Shown: one piece after another, positions 18,731 to 28,508 of the stretch | How positions within the stretch are numbered: the stretch's first letter is position 1 | Layout of the letters: each line of letters opens with the position of its first letter | From: a virus | Length of the DNA: 64,000 bases | IMG/VR virus record: IMGVR_UViG_3300042520_001767 | Location: 64,001 to 128,000 of that record | Direction: 5' to 3' (one strand) | Program-made: the position numbers and the translations under genes | The notes under the pieces: generated by a model | What the model saw: the letters and a program-made list of their open reading frames with translations, nothing else | The model's database searches: none | Told to the model about the DNA's origin: nothing

Positions 18731-20596
18731 TTACCAATTAATTCCATACCCATCTTCTTGTAGTATAAAACCATTATCTTCTGTAATAATTAAATTGTCA
18801 TCTTTTAAGCCATAATTAGGTGCTTCAGTAACATAATTATTACGTATTTGACATAATGACATATCGCAAATATTAAATTTAAACTGAGAAATCCCACCAA
18901 TAAAGGTACCACCAAAATTTTGTTCAATCGGTAACCCTCTATCCGATAAATCTAACCCACCAAAAGTTTGACTATCTATTAAACCCTGACTACCACCACC
19001 TAAACTGAAATTAAATGGTACACCAACTTGTTTTGATTTGTATTCATCTAATCGTCTAGCTATAAATTCATCAAAATCTTTTACAGTAAATTTAAGATAA
19101 CCATTTATATAAAATTTAAGATTACCCTTTCTACCTTTAATATTTTTTAATTCACAATCAGTCTTGTAATCGGTTTCAAATTTTATTACAACATATTGCC
19201 AATCTTCTTGATTTATCAATCCAGCTTCAGAATACTCCTCAGTTATAGTTACACCACTAACATATTTACTTTCAACACCAGTTGTTATACATGAACCAGT
19301 AACTGTTAATAATCTATAACCAATACTACCATCTGGTTTTATTCTAAAACCTAATGCATTATCAATAATATCTAAATTATAATCAATACTAGTTTCATCA
19401 CTAGTAATACCACTAAAACAAGGAACCATTGCACTACCCAAACCATCATTAGGTCCCTCACAACATGTATCACCAGAACTTATAATTCCAGAACCCCTAC
19501 CATAGATTAAAAATGGGTTTTGAGTGTTTGTAACTGTTTGTCTAACACTAGAAACAGCTATACCTTCACCATCATAACAACACGCTGTTTGAGAGCCTAA
19601 ACCATTATACCTATCTATACCAATACCAGAATTGTTATTTATTGTTGTTGCTGAATTGTAAATTGTTACACCAGTTAATGGTTCTGGTCTACCATCATAT
19701 GTTCTACCATATATTAGAAAACCATTTGTTATCAAATCAATTTCAGTTCTTGGTGGAGCTAAAGAAATTCCCAAACCATAATCACCGACAATAGTTATTT
19801 CTGTTTCTTTAGGTATCGTACACCATTCACTAACATCTTCAGTACAACCAGTAACACAATCACGAGTACAACCAGTATCACTACCACTCCATTGATTCCA
19901 AAACTTATTTTCAGCTCTAGTACCCATATAAAAGAAAAATCCTTCATTATTTGGATAAACGTCATTAAGTGTTTGTCCACTAGTTATTGAAAACCTTTTA
20001 TTTTTCAACCAAAATTCAGCAACCCAAGCTTGGTTAACTCTAGTTGGTAATACCTCATAAGTCGAACCATCTATTTTATAATAACCTTGATAAAAACCAC
20101 CGTAAAGATTTACGAAATTACCAACTGTTGGTATGTTTGGGTCAATCATTATCTCATATGGGTAAACATAATTACCAGTTGTACCACTAACTGCATGCAT
20201 ATTCAATCTAGTATCACCAGAATTAATAACTAGTGTTGTACCAGTTAACGCAGATAATAAAGCTTGATTAGACGTGTCACCACTTTGTTTGTCAAATAAA
20301 ATTAAACCATTATCTATACCTGTTAAACCAATAGTATTAAAGGTATAACCAGTATTTACTGCACCACTCCATGAAACAAGACTATAAATATTATCACCAT
20401 TAATTGAAGTAGGTGTACTATTGTTGTATATATTTTGGTTATTAAAATCATACCAAACAACAAAACACTCACCTTCAGTTAACTGACCGCAATACGGTGT
20501 AGGTCCTTCATCATTTGCTAAATAAAAATCCCAATAATCACTATTTGATAGTTTAAGGTCTAGTTTATTAAAGTTAAAGTTTTTTATATTTCCCAT
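18731..20596 (-). CDS. Putative virion structural protein, possibly LamG/concanavalin-like beta-sandwich
   Basis: WQYVVIKF..LKFYINGYL and FIGGISQFKF resemble LamG strands; Gly/Thr/Cys-rich; located in the structural module. Confidence 0.5.
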   Translation of the reverse strand: MGNIKNFNFNKLDLKLSNSDYWDFYLANDEGPTPYCGQLTEGECFVVWYDFNNQNIYNNSTPTSINGDNIYSLVSWSGAVNTGYTFNTIGLTGIDNGLILFDKQSGDTSNQALLSALTGTTLVINSGDTRLNMHAVSGTTGNYVYPYEIMIDPNIPTVGNFVNLYGGFYQGYYKIDGSTYEVLPTRVNQAWVAEFWLKNKRFSITSGQTLNDVYPNNEGFFFYMGTRAENKFWNQWSGSDTGCTRDCVTGCTEDVSEWCTIPKETEITIVGDYGLGISLAPPRTEIDLITNGFLIYGRTYDGRPEPLTGVTIYNSATTINNNSGIGIDRYNGLGSQTACCYDGEGIAVSSVRQTVTNTQNPFLIYGRGSGIISSGDTCCEGPNDGLGSAMVPCFSGITSDETSIDYNLDIIDNALGFRIKPDGSIGYRLLTVTGSCITTGVESKYVSGVTITEEYSEAGLINQEDWQYVVIKFETDYKTDCELKNIKGRKGNLKFYINGYLKFTVKDFDEFIARRLDEYKSKQVGVPFNFSLGGGSQGLIDSQTFGGLDLSDRGLPIEQNFGGTFIGGISQFKFNICDMSLCQIRNNYVTEAPNYGLKDDNLIITEDNGFILQEDGYGINW

Positions 20597-23271
20597 TAAA
20601 AAATTTCTAAATTAGTTCTTCTCCAACCTGTACTAGTTTTAATGTACATGAAGTTATCATCTCTCGTTATATTCCCTTCACTACCAGTACTATCACTTGA
20701 CGAGGTTGGTGTGTATAAAGGAATCGTTAATGCGTTAGGTTTAAAATCATTATTTGTTATGAAATTACCATCAGAATCAGTTATTAAATCAGCTGATTTG
20801 TTTATACCTTTTGCGTGTAATATACTTAACCCACCACCTATCGCTGTTTGTTGTGTACCATTAAAGTTTAATTCAACGTTATTATCTTCAGCTAAAATTG
20901 TTTGTGTTTCTAAATGCGTATTATTTGATGTGGTCATACCAGAAGCTAATTCTTTAACCGCTTCAACTAATATTGGTACTATTTCGTTATAATTTAAAGA
21001 TAGCATTCCATCACCTTTTGCTCTAGTTCTAACTATATCTGGTACATAATTTTGAACTTCTTGAGCGATAAAACCATATTTAATACCACCACCCATCTCA
21101 GATTCTGGTGTATATTCAAATGAAACACCTCTAAGATTCTTAATTATATCTAGTGAGTTATCTAAATCATTTATATTTTGTTTAAGTCTAGCATCTGAAG
21201 CACCAGCAACTATTTTACCAATTGCATTTGTTGCTATTGGGTCAGTTGATGTTAACCCATCAATTATTAAGTCTGGAACATATACAGCATTACCAGTATT
21301 AGCTGTAATATTTTGACCACCAATTATTACAGTGTTACCAACATTTATTATTTTATTATTTTGACCACCAATTATTGCTGACTCATCAGCATTATCAATA
21401 ATATTTAATTTACCACCAGCAATTATATTATTACCGTCAAAAGTAGGGCTAGTTAATATATGATTACTACCACCAAGTATTATTGAATCAAAATTATTAG
21501 TTATTTTATGATTAATTCCACCAATAATACTTGACCAAGTTGAATTATCAACACTACCTGAATATGTATTCAAGACTAACGAATTAATTGACGAATTACT
21601 AATATTGGATAATTGACTACCAATTGACGATGATTGTACAGAATTTTCAATTATTGAGTTATTTTCACCACCAATAATTAAACCATTATCTGAATCATAT
21701 ATTGAATTATAGCTACCATTAATTACTGTAGAATAATCACTATTACCTGTTGAACCAGTAATATTTTGATATTCACCACCAATAATAATACTTGAGGTGA
21801 TTAGAGCACCACCTTTAATTTTAGAAGCATAAGTATTCAATAACATACATTGATAACCACTATCAATTGTTGATTGCTCACCACCAATAATTGTTGATGC
21901 GTTAATGTTATTTGTTGTACAATTATCACTACCAATCATGGTTGATAAAGATGTCAAACCGAACATATTAGATTGATAATTGGTAATCATAGTATTAAAC
22001 GTATTTGCGCCAATCATATTCATTTCTGAACCACCAATCATTATTGAATTATTAAAACCAACAACCGATGTGTTATAATATGTTGAACCACCACCACCTA
22101 ACATTATAGTATTAGCTTCACCAGTATAATAATCAGATGTCATTACATGGTTAACACCACCTATTATTGATGAATAATCCATATTTTTAGATATGGTTGA
22201 ATTTAATGAGGTGATTATAGATGAATTAGAATCATAAATATTATTACCACCACCACCAATTATAGAAAAATAATTCGTTTTACCAGTCACAACATTATTT
22301 TCACCACCAATTATAGAACCCCACCCATAATTATTATCACAATTTATCGTATTATTTTGACCACCTAAAATACTAGAAAAAAATGTAGTACTTATGTTAT
22401 TAAGTTCACCACCTAAAATAGTTGAATAAGAAGAAAAGAAATCAATAGTAGAATCATGTGAATAAACAAATGAATTTAAAGCATTCGCTATTGTATATGT
22501 ACCACCAGCTAGTGAATAATCACCGTTTGATTCGGTATACGAACCTTGAGATATAGCTCCTACACCACCAGCAAGACTATTATTCTGATTTTCATTTAAA
22601 ATTGCCGAATAAAGACCTTGACCATCTGACCATAAGGAATAAGTACTACCACTACCTGAACTCACTAACCACTCACCTTTACCTTCAGAATCAATACATG
22701 TCCACACATAACCAACTTGTGCCTTATCCTTAATTATAAGTCTATCCGTTCTAGTTATCCCAGAAACATCAACCCAAATAGTTCTACCAGTAAAATCTAA
22801 ACCAGTAGCGTCTAAATAATCAACAGATACTGTAAATAATTCACCACTATAATTTCCACCACCTAAGTCAATCATATCAACAACATCAACATTATAACTT
22901 ACACCAGTATAATGTGTATATCCAGTGTTTCCATCTACATTAAAATAAGAACTAACGTCTGGAACATAAAAACTACCAGAAGATTGAGTATCGGCAGAAT
23001 TTGAGGGTGTTATAGCTGAAAATACTGAATCAGCTATACTCATATTACTATCACCCCATGTAAATATAGTAGTTGTGTTGTTTCCAGAAAAAGTACTATC
23101 AACATTAAATATCGTTTGTGTAATAGAACTTAATACTGGGTTAGGACCAGTTGGTAAATCGCTATATGGTAGACCAAAAGTAGTCGCACCAGATAGATTA
23201 GTAGTTGTATTAATTCGTTGTTTTGCTTGTCTATTATCAGAAAAGTCTAATTTTGTTCTAAATATACCCAT
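20596..23271 (-). CDS. Fibre/spike protein with Peptidase_S74 intramolecular chaperone domain
   Basis: IIGG.NN beta-helix repeats, then SDARLKQNI..LRGVSFEY..YGFIAQEV..LNYNEIVPILVEAVKEL. Confidence 0.85.
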   Translation of the reverse strand: MGIFRTKLDFSDNRQAKQRINTTTNLSGATTFGLPYSDLPTGPNPVLSSITQTIFNVDSTFSGNNTTTIFTWGDSNMSIADSVFSAITPSNSADTQSSGSFYVPDVSSYFNVDGNTGYTHYTGVSYNVDVVDMIDLGGGNYSGELFTVSVDYLDATGLDFTGRTIWVDVSGITRTDRLIIKDKAQVGYVWTCIDSEGKGEWLVSSGSGSTYSLWSDGQGLYSAILNENQNNSLAGGVGAISQGSYTESNGDYSLAGGTYTIANALNSFVYSHDSTIDFFSSYSTILGGELNNISTTFFSSILGGQNNTINCDNNYGWGSIIGGENNVVTGKTNYFSIIGGGGNNIYDSNSSIITSLNSTISKNMDYSSIIGGVNHVMTSDYYTGEANTIMLGGGGSTYYNTSVVGFNNSIMIGGSEMNMIGANTFNTMITNYQSNMFGLTSLSTMIGSDNCTTNNINASTIIGGEQSTIDSGYQCMLLNTYASKIKGGALITSSIIIGGEYQNITGSTGNSDYSTVINGSYNSIYDSDNGLIIGGENNSIIENSVQSSSIGSQLSNISNSSINSLVLNTYSGSVDNSTWSSIIGGINHKITNNFDSIILGGSNHILTSPTFDGNNIIAGGKLNIIDNADESAIIGGQNNKIINVGNTVIIGGQNITANTGNAVYVPDLIIDGLTSTDPIATNAIGKIVAGASDARLKQNINDLDNSLDIIKNLRGVSFEYTPESEMGGGIKYGFIAQEVQNYVPDIVRTRAKGDGMLSLNYNEIVPILVEAVKELASGMTTSNNTHLETQTILAEDNNVELNFNGTQQTAIGGGLSILHAKGINKSADLITDSDGNFITNNDFKPNALTIPLYTPTSSSDSTGSEGNITRDDNFMYIKTSTGWRRTNLEIF

Positions 23272-23285
23272 TTTATAGCTTTTAT

Positions 23286-23317
23286 TATAAATATTCCGTA
23301 TTTCTAATATATTTATA
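23286..23317. promoter_or_regulatory. Back-to-back pair of ATATTTATA motifs (23286-23294 minus; 23309-23317 plus)
   Basis: Each lies 14 nt upstream of one of the divergent starts (23271 and 23332). Confidence 0.65.
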
Positions 23318-23331
23318 ATAAAACTTAATTT

Positions 23332-23826
23332 ATGGCAACATTTAAAAAGAAAGATTTACAAGAATTGGTTGGTGGTGATTTTACATCTGCTGGAGGTGAT
23401 AGAAATGTAACAAATAATAGTGAGATAGAAACTGGTCCAGTTCAAAAAGATTTTAAAGATGATTCATCTTTTGAAAAAGGTGTTTCAACCACAACAGATA
23501 AAGTATTTGGTCGTTATAGACAAAATATTCCATGGTTTGCTGTGTATAGTTTTGGTGGTTCTAGAACTGGTGGTTTACCAGTTAACTACGGTATTAATGA
23601 AGAAAATAAAAACACTATTATCACTAAAAAAAGTGTTGAAGAAAAAATTGAAGATTTAGTTAAAAAAAGTAAATCATCTGATATTAATTCAAAAGACTAT
23701 AATCCTAAAGTTGAAAAAGTTTTAGATGAAATTTCCGATTTGGATTTATCTGAAAAACAAATTGAAGAATTACTAAAAGCACTTGAATATAAAAAGAATA
23801 ACCCTTCTAAAACTAGAAATATATAA
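23332..23826 (+). CDS. Hypothetical late protein
   Basis: 164-aa ORF after the late motif; contains INE. Confidence 0.65.
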   Translation: MATFKKKDLQELVGGDFTSAGGDRNVTNNSEIETGPVQKDFKDDSSFEKGVSTTTDKVFGRYRQNIPWFAVYSFGGSRTGGLPVNYGINEENKNTIITKKSVEEKIEDLVKKSKSSDINSKDYNPKVEKVLDEISDLDLSEKQIEELLKALEYKKNNPSKTRNI

Positions 23827-24227
23827 TGAAAACCAATTTAGATAACACAAATTTCAATCACGACAATAAACAATTGGATGGTGAAGCACTAAAAATGCGT
23901 GAAACTAGGTTAAATAAAGAATTGAAAGACGGAACTATAACACCAGATGGTGAAAAAGAGTTAGAAGAAATTAAAAAGAAATTATTTCACGCTAGAGACA
24001 TAATTAATAAAGGTAAAGAAATCACCAAAGATACAGATTATAGAAATACTTTTAGAGACGAAGAAAATGTTATGAAAGTTGGTACTGCTAATTTATCCAA
24101 AAAAAGTGATAAATCGGGTCCAACTAGTAATATATTATCAAATAAACAAGCAATGAATGAAGAAATTTCTTCAATTAGATATTTAATAGAATATATGAAT
24201 AACAATAACAAAAAACAAAAAATATAA
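23826..24227 (+). CDS. Hypothetical late protein
   Basis: 133-aa translationally coupled ORF; charged; C-terminal MNEEISSIRYLIEY. Confidence 0.65.
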   Translation: MKTNLDNTNFNHDNKQLDGEALKMRETRLNKELKDGTITPDGEKELEEIKKKLFHARDIINKGKEITKDTDYRNTFRDEENVMKVGTANLSKKSDKSGPTSNILSNKQAMNEEISSIRYLIEYMNNNNKKQKI

Positions 24228-24230
24228 ATT

Positions 24231-24689
24231 ATGCCAACTCCTTACAATGGTGGTCAATCACCACTAGAAAATTATGCAATAAATGGAAACCCATTATATC
24301 CTGGTACTGGTAGATTAGCTATTATCGGTCAAACAAAAATTGGTACAACTAAATATGCTTTTAATGGACCTTATAAAAACCCAGAAATTACAGGTAGTCC
24401 AAGTTCACAATATGGTTTAACTCACACAAACGCAATTGCTGATAGTGTAAGTAAATACAATGGTAGAGGTACTGGTGATGGTGTATCACAAGGTGTTTAT
24501 GGTGCCATAACTAATTATAATGGTGGTAATGTTGAAGATATAAACGGTGTTTTATCACAACCAGGCTCTGGTCGTAATTCACAAGTAACATTAAATGCTG
24601 GTACTTGGGGTTATGGACCAAAACCAATTGCTGGTAGTAATTATGTTGCACCTAATATGGCTGGTAACACTGGACAAGTAATTATTTAA
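24231..24689 (+). CDS. Gly/Asn/Pro-rich hypothetical protein, possibly capsid-associated
   Basis: 152-aa ORF with very few charged residues. Confidence 0.6.
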   Translation: MPTPYNGGQSPLENYAINGNPLYPGTGRLAIIGQTKIGTTKYAFNGPYKNPEITGSPSSQYGLTHTNAIADSVSKYNGRGTGDGVSQGVYGAITNYNGGNVEDINGVLSQPGSGRNSQVTLNAGTWGYGPKPIAGSNYVAPNMAGNTGQVII

Positions 24690-24695
24690 TTTTAC

Positions 24696-25385
24696 ATGAA
24701 ACTTTACAATTTATATCAAAACATTATATTAGAAGATATTATTAGGTTAACACAACTAAATGAAGATGTATCACCTAATGATGTTGATGGAGTTTTAAAT
24801 GGTGATAACGGAAAATTTTACCATGTTTCATTTCTTTATAAAGATGAAAAAGGTAACCTATCTAATAGGTGGGTTCAATTATACCAAAGAAATATATCAA
24901 CAGCTAATAATGGTTTAATTGATGCGTTTCAAGTTTCTAGAGATGGAAAAACAAGTGGTTTAAATAGTAGAACTGGTAAAGAAGAAAACTTTACTGGTTG
25001 GAGAAAATTTAGACTAGATAGAATAAGTGACTTTAAAGTTTCTAAAGTCCCATTCTATCAACCACAAGGTGGTTTTAATAAAACAGGTAATAATTCACCA
25101 ACAGTTCAAAGTACACAAAAAATAGCATCAGTTGGTTCTTATCAATATGCTGATTCTACTTTGAAAAACAATAAATATGTAGGTAAAAAAGTTCAAAAAT
25201 TAAATAAACCAGAACCAGATGTTAAAAAACCAATGGTTAATAAATTAAATAAAAAAGAACCTGTATCACAACAACCAATGGTTAATAAAGTAAATAAAAA
25301 TGAACCAATTGTTCCATTACAACAAAATAATCAACAACCAGAAATGGATGATGATTTAGAAAATAAAGATGAAATAAACAAATAA
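24696..25385 (+). CDS. Stand-alone WYL-like domain protein
   Basis: VSFLYKD..NRWVQ..LIDAF..WRKFRLDRISDF matches the WYL R.FRLDRI signature; N-terminal IILE/LNE segment; low-complexity tail. Confidence 0.65.
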   Translation: MKLYNLYQNIILEDIIRLTQLNEDVSPNDVDGVLNGDNGKFYHVSFLYKDEKGNLSNRWVQLYQRNISTANNGLIDAFQVSRDGKTSGLNSRTGKEENFTGWRKFRLDRISDFKVSKVPFYQPQGGFNKTGNNSPTVQSTQKIASVGSYQYADSTLKNNKYVGKKVQKLNKPEPDVKKPMVNKLNKKEPVSQQPMVNKVNKNEPIVPLQQNNQQPEMDDDLENKDEINK

Positions 25386-25388
25386 AAT

Positions 25389-25973
25389 ATGGATTCACCA
25401 GCACCAGTAAATTTAGCGGCATTAAAAGGTATTTTAGCCAACGCTAAAAAAGTTATGAATAAAGTAGAGGAAACAAATCCTAAAGGTAGTAAACAACCAG
25501 TAAGAGAAAGTTATGACGATGGTTATTCTAATCAACCGATGTATAACGAAATAGACGAGAGAGAACCAGTATATGAAAATTTTACACCTACCACTCCATC
25601 CCGAATGCAACCTCAAATGTATACATCTGAACAAGTTATGGCATCAAATTTACCGTTAGCGGTAAAAGAAGCAATGATTAAAAGTCCAATACCACAATTA
25701 CAAGGACCACCATCTAAATTTAGTTTAGAAGATTTAGGTGATTTAATAGAAAAACCTAAAAATAAGTATAATTCACCTGGTGTTCCAATACATGAATCTA
25801 GTGGTAATTACAAACAACAAATATCTATTGACCCTAATATGTTAAAAGATATGATTAAAGAAGCAGTTGCTGAGTATTTTAAAGAATCTCACGATAAACA
25901 GATTACCGAACAAGCAATTAAAAAAACAATAAATGTTTTAATAAAAGAAGGTAAAATACAAACAAAAAAATAA
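25389..25973 (+). CDS. Hypothetical Pro-rich protein with several [ILV]-x-E sites
   Basis: 194-aa ORF containing VRE, IHE, IKE, ITE and LIKE. Confidence 0.6.
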   Translation: MDSPAPVNLAALKGILANAKKVMNKVEETNPKGSKQPVRESYDDGYSNQPMYNEIDEREPVYENFTPTTPSRMQPQMYTSEQVMASNLPLAVKEAMIKSPIPQLQGPPSKFSLEDLGDLIEKPKNKYNSPGVPIHESSGNYKQQISIDPNMLKDMIKEAVAEYFKESHDKQITEQAIKKTINVLIKEGKIQTKK

Positions 25974-25981
25974 AAACAATC

Positions 25982-26007
25982 AAAAAGGGCTTTTTAGTCC
26001 TTTTTTT
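25982..26007 (+). terminator. Intrinsic terminator
   Basis: AAAAGGGC-TTTTTA-GTCCTTTT followed by a T run. Confidence 0.7.
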
Positions 26008-26008
26008 A

Positions 26009-26038
26009 TTTACTAATATTTTAAATTAATTATATTTG
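26009..26038 (+). promoter_or_regulatory. Bacteroidota-type host-sigma promoter
   Basis: TTTACT-N16-TATATTTG upstream of the glycosyltransferase at 26071. Confidence 0.6.
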
Positions 26039-26070
26039 AATATTAATAAAAAGTTTTTAAATAAAAATTT

Positions 26071-28443
26071 ATGAAAAAATTAAAAGTACTAGTAGTACCT
26101 AGTGACAGAACTGGTGTTGGAGCATTTCGCTCTATAAACCCACATTTAGCTTTAGAAAAAAATTACTCAGATGAATTTATGGTACACATAGATTATGAAC
26201 CTCAAATAGATAATGATGAATGGTTAAAACAATACGACATTATTCATTACCATAGAACACTAGGTCATTACAATCAAATGCCTCAATTATTAGAAAGAAC
26301 CAAAAAATTAGGTATTGTGACTATTATGGATTTGGATGATTATTGGTCACCTGGTCCACATCACCCAGCTTATTATCTAATAAAAGAAGCTGGAATTGAT
26401 AAGATGATTTTAGATAATATTAAAATTGCTGAAAATGTAACAACAACAACAACCTTATTCGCAGAAGAGATTAAAAAATACAATAAAAATGTTCATGTGT
26501 TAGCTAATGCTATTGACCCAAGTGAAAAACAATTTACACCTAATTTAGAACCATCAAATGGTCGTATTAGAATTGGATGGTTAGGTGGTTCTTGTATGAG
26601 CCCAGACACTGAGATTTTAACTAATCAAGGTTGGAAACGATTTGATGCGTTAGACCAAAGTGAAACTGTTGCGACATTAAATCCTAGCACAAATAAATTA
26701 GAATATCATAAACCAACTGGGTATATATGTGAACCATTTGAGGGTGAATTAAACTGTGCTAAAAATGGTTTAGTTGAATATGAAGTCACACCAAACCATA
26801 ATATGTATGCTTCAGTTGCTAAATCATTAACACATAAAAAATTAAATTTAGAATTAATTCAATCTGAAAAAATACATGGTAAAAATTTCCATGTTAAAAA
26901 AGATGCATTATGGATTGGTAAAGAAGAAGAATATTTTGTTTTACCTATGTTAAATGAATACACTGAACTAGAAGAAAACGAAAGTTACATTGATAGATTA
27001 ATTTCTAAAAAACGTTATAATGGATTATCTGAAAAATATGGTTCTGATAAGCGTATTGACATGGATAATTGGTTAGCGTTTTTTGGGTTTTGGATGGCTG
27101 AGGGTTGGACAACTAAAACAAATGGTTTACACCAAGTAGGTATAGCACAAACAAAAGATAATGGATACCTATCACATATGTATGAATTATTAGTTAACAT
27201 GGGTTTCAACCCAACATACACAAAAGATAAACAACAAGTTAGAGTTTTTGATAAACAATTATGGGATTATTTATCAAATTTTGGTGGTGCTCATGATAAA
27301 TTTATACCTCAAGAAGTTTTAGAATTATCTCCAAGACAATTAACAATATTTTTAGAATGGTTCATTAAAGGTGATGGTCATATTGAAAATAATAAATATA
27401 CTAGAACTAGAGCATTTACTTGTTCACCTTCATTAGCAAATAACTTACAAGAAATTGCGTTAAAAATTGGTATTTCAGCTACAATAACAAATAGAGGAAA
27501 AAGAACTAGTGAAATTAAAGGTAGAGTAATTAAATCACAATATGACTCTTTAGTAATTAATTTTACTAAACACCATAGTGTTAGTAAACATAATAAAAAC
27601 ACACCATTAATCAAAACTGAAGACCAATATAATAAATACTATAAAGGTAATGTTTATTGTGTTGAAGTTCAAAATCATATTATTTATGTTAGAAGAAACG
27701 GTAAAGCTATGTGGATTGGTAATTCCCATTTAAAAGATTTACAGATACTTAATGGTGTTGTTGGTAAACTTAGAGGTGATGGTTTATTAGACAAAGTACA
27801 GTTTGTGTTATGTGGTTTTGATACTAGAGGTACACATACCGAAATTGACCAAAAAACTGGACAACAAAAAACTAGACAAATCAAACCTATTGAAAGTGTT
27901 TGGTATCAATATGAAAAAATATTTACTGATGATTATAAAACGATTAGTTCAGAATATAAAGATTTTCTAATGAAATTTACACCAAATTCTGAATATGAAA
28001 ATGTTTCTAACGAACCTTATAGACGTGTTTGGACAAAATCAATCTCCACTTACGCATCAAATTATAATTTATTTGATATATCATTAGCACCAATTGAAGA
28101 CAACATCTTCAACAAAGTTAAAAGTCAATTAAAAGTTATTGAAGCTGGTTTCCACAATAAAGCTATTATTGCTCAAGATTTCGGTCCATATCAGATTGAC
28201 GTTAAAAATGCTGTTAAGTTTGGTGGTGGGTTTGATTTAGAGGCTAATGGAATTCTGGTTGACCCTAAAAAAAACAATAAGGACTGGTATACAGCTATTA
28301 AAAAATTAATTCAAAATCCAGACGTAGTTACAACCCTACAAGAAAATTTACATAATACAGTAAAAGATACTTATTCAATCAATAAAGTAACTGAACAAAG
28401 AAGAGAATTGTATTTGGATTTATATAAAAAATTAAAAAAATAA
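26071..28443 (+). CDS. GT-B (GT4-like) glycosyltransferase interrupted by an intein
   Basis: Exteins: TIMDLDDYW, IGWLGGS^SHLKDL, FDISLAPIEDNIFNKVKSQLKVIEAG. Spliced product about 413 aa. Confidence 0.85.
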   Translation: MKKLKVLVVPSDRTGVGAFRSINPHLALEKNYSDEFMVHIDYEPQIDNDEWLKQYDIIHYHRTLGHYNQMPQLLERTKKLGIVTIMDLDDYWSPGPHHPAYYLIKEAGIDKMILDNIKIAENVTTTTTLFAEEIKKYNKNVHVLANAIDPSEKQFTPNLEPSNGRIRIGWLGGSCMSPDTEILTNQGWKRFDALDQSETVATLNPSTNKLEYHKPTGYICEPFEGELNCAKNGLVEYEVTPNHNMYASVAKSLTHKKLNLELIQSEKIHGKNFHVKKDALWIGKEEEYFVLPMLNEYTELEENESYIDRLISKKRYNGLSEKYGSDKRIDMDNWLAFFGFWMAEGWTTKTNGLHQVGIAQTKDNGYLSHMYELLVNMGFNPTYTKDKQQVRVFDKQLWDYLSNFGGAHDKFIPQEVLELSPRQLTIFLEWFIKGDGHIENNKYTRTRAFTCSPSLANNLQEIALKIGISATITNRGKRTSEIKGRVIKSQYDSLVINFTKHHSVSKHNKNTPLIKTEDQYNKYYKGNVYCVEVQNHIIYVRRNGKAMWIGNSHLKDLQILNGVVGKLRGDGLLDKVQFVLCGFDTRGTHTEIDQKTGQQKTRQIKPIESVWYQYEKIFTDDYKTISSEYKDFLMKFTPNSEYENVSNEPYRRVWTKSISTYASNYNLFDISLAPIEDNIFNKVKSQLKVIEAGFHNKAIIAQDFGPYQIDVKNAVKFGGGFDLEANGILVDPKKNNKDWYTAIKKLIQNPDVVTTLQENLHNTVKDTYSINKVTEQRRELYLDLYKKLKK
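26593..27723 (+). mobile_element. LAGLIDADG-type intein (377 aa) in the glycosyltransferase
   Basis: Block A CMSPDTEILT, block B TPNH, endonuclease helices FFGFWMAEG and FIKGDGH, block F VYCVEV, block G RRNGKAMWIGN|S. Confidence 0.92.
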
Positions 28444-28446
28444 AGG

Positions 28447-28477
28447 TTGATTTATTGGTTTTTTGTTAGTATATTTG
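28447..28477 (+). promoter_or_regulatory. Bacteroidota-type host-sigma promoter
   Basis: TTGATT-N17-TATATTTG upstream of 28509. Confidence 0.6.
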
Positions 28478-28508
28478 TATTAATAATAATAAACAAAAAA
28501 CCAATATA

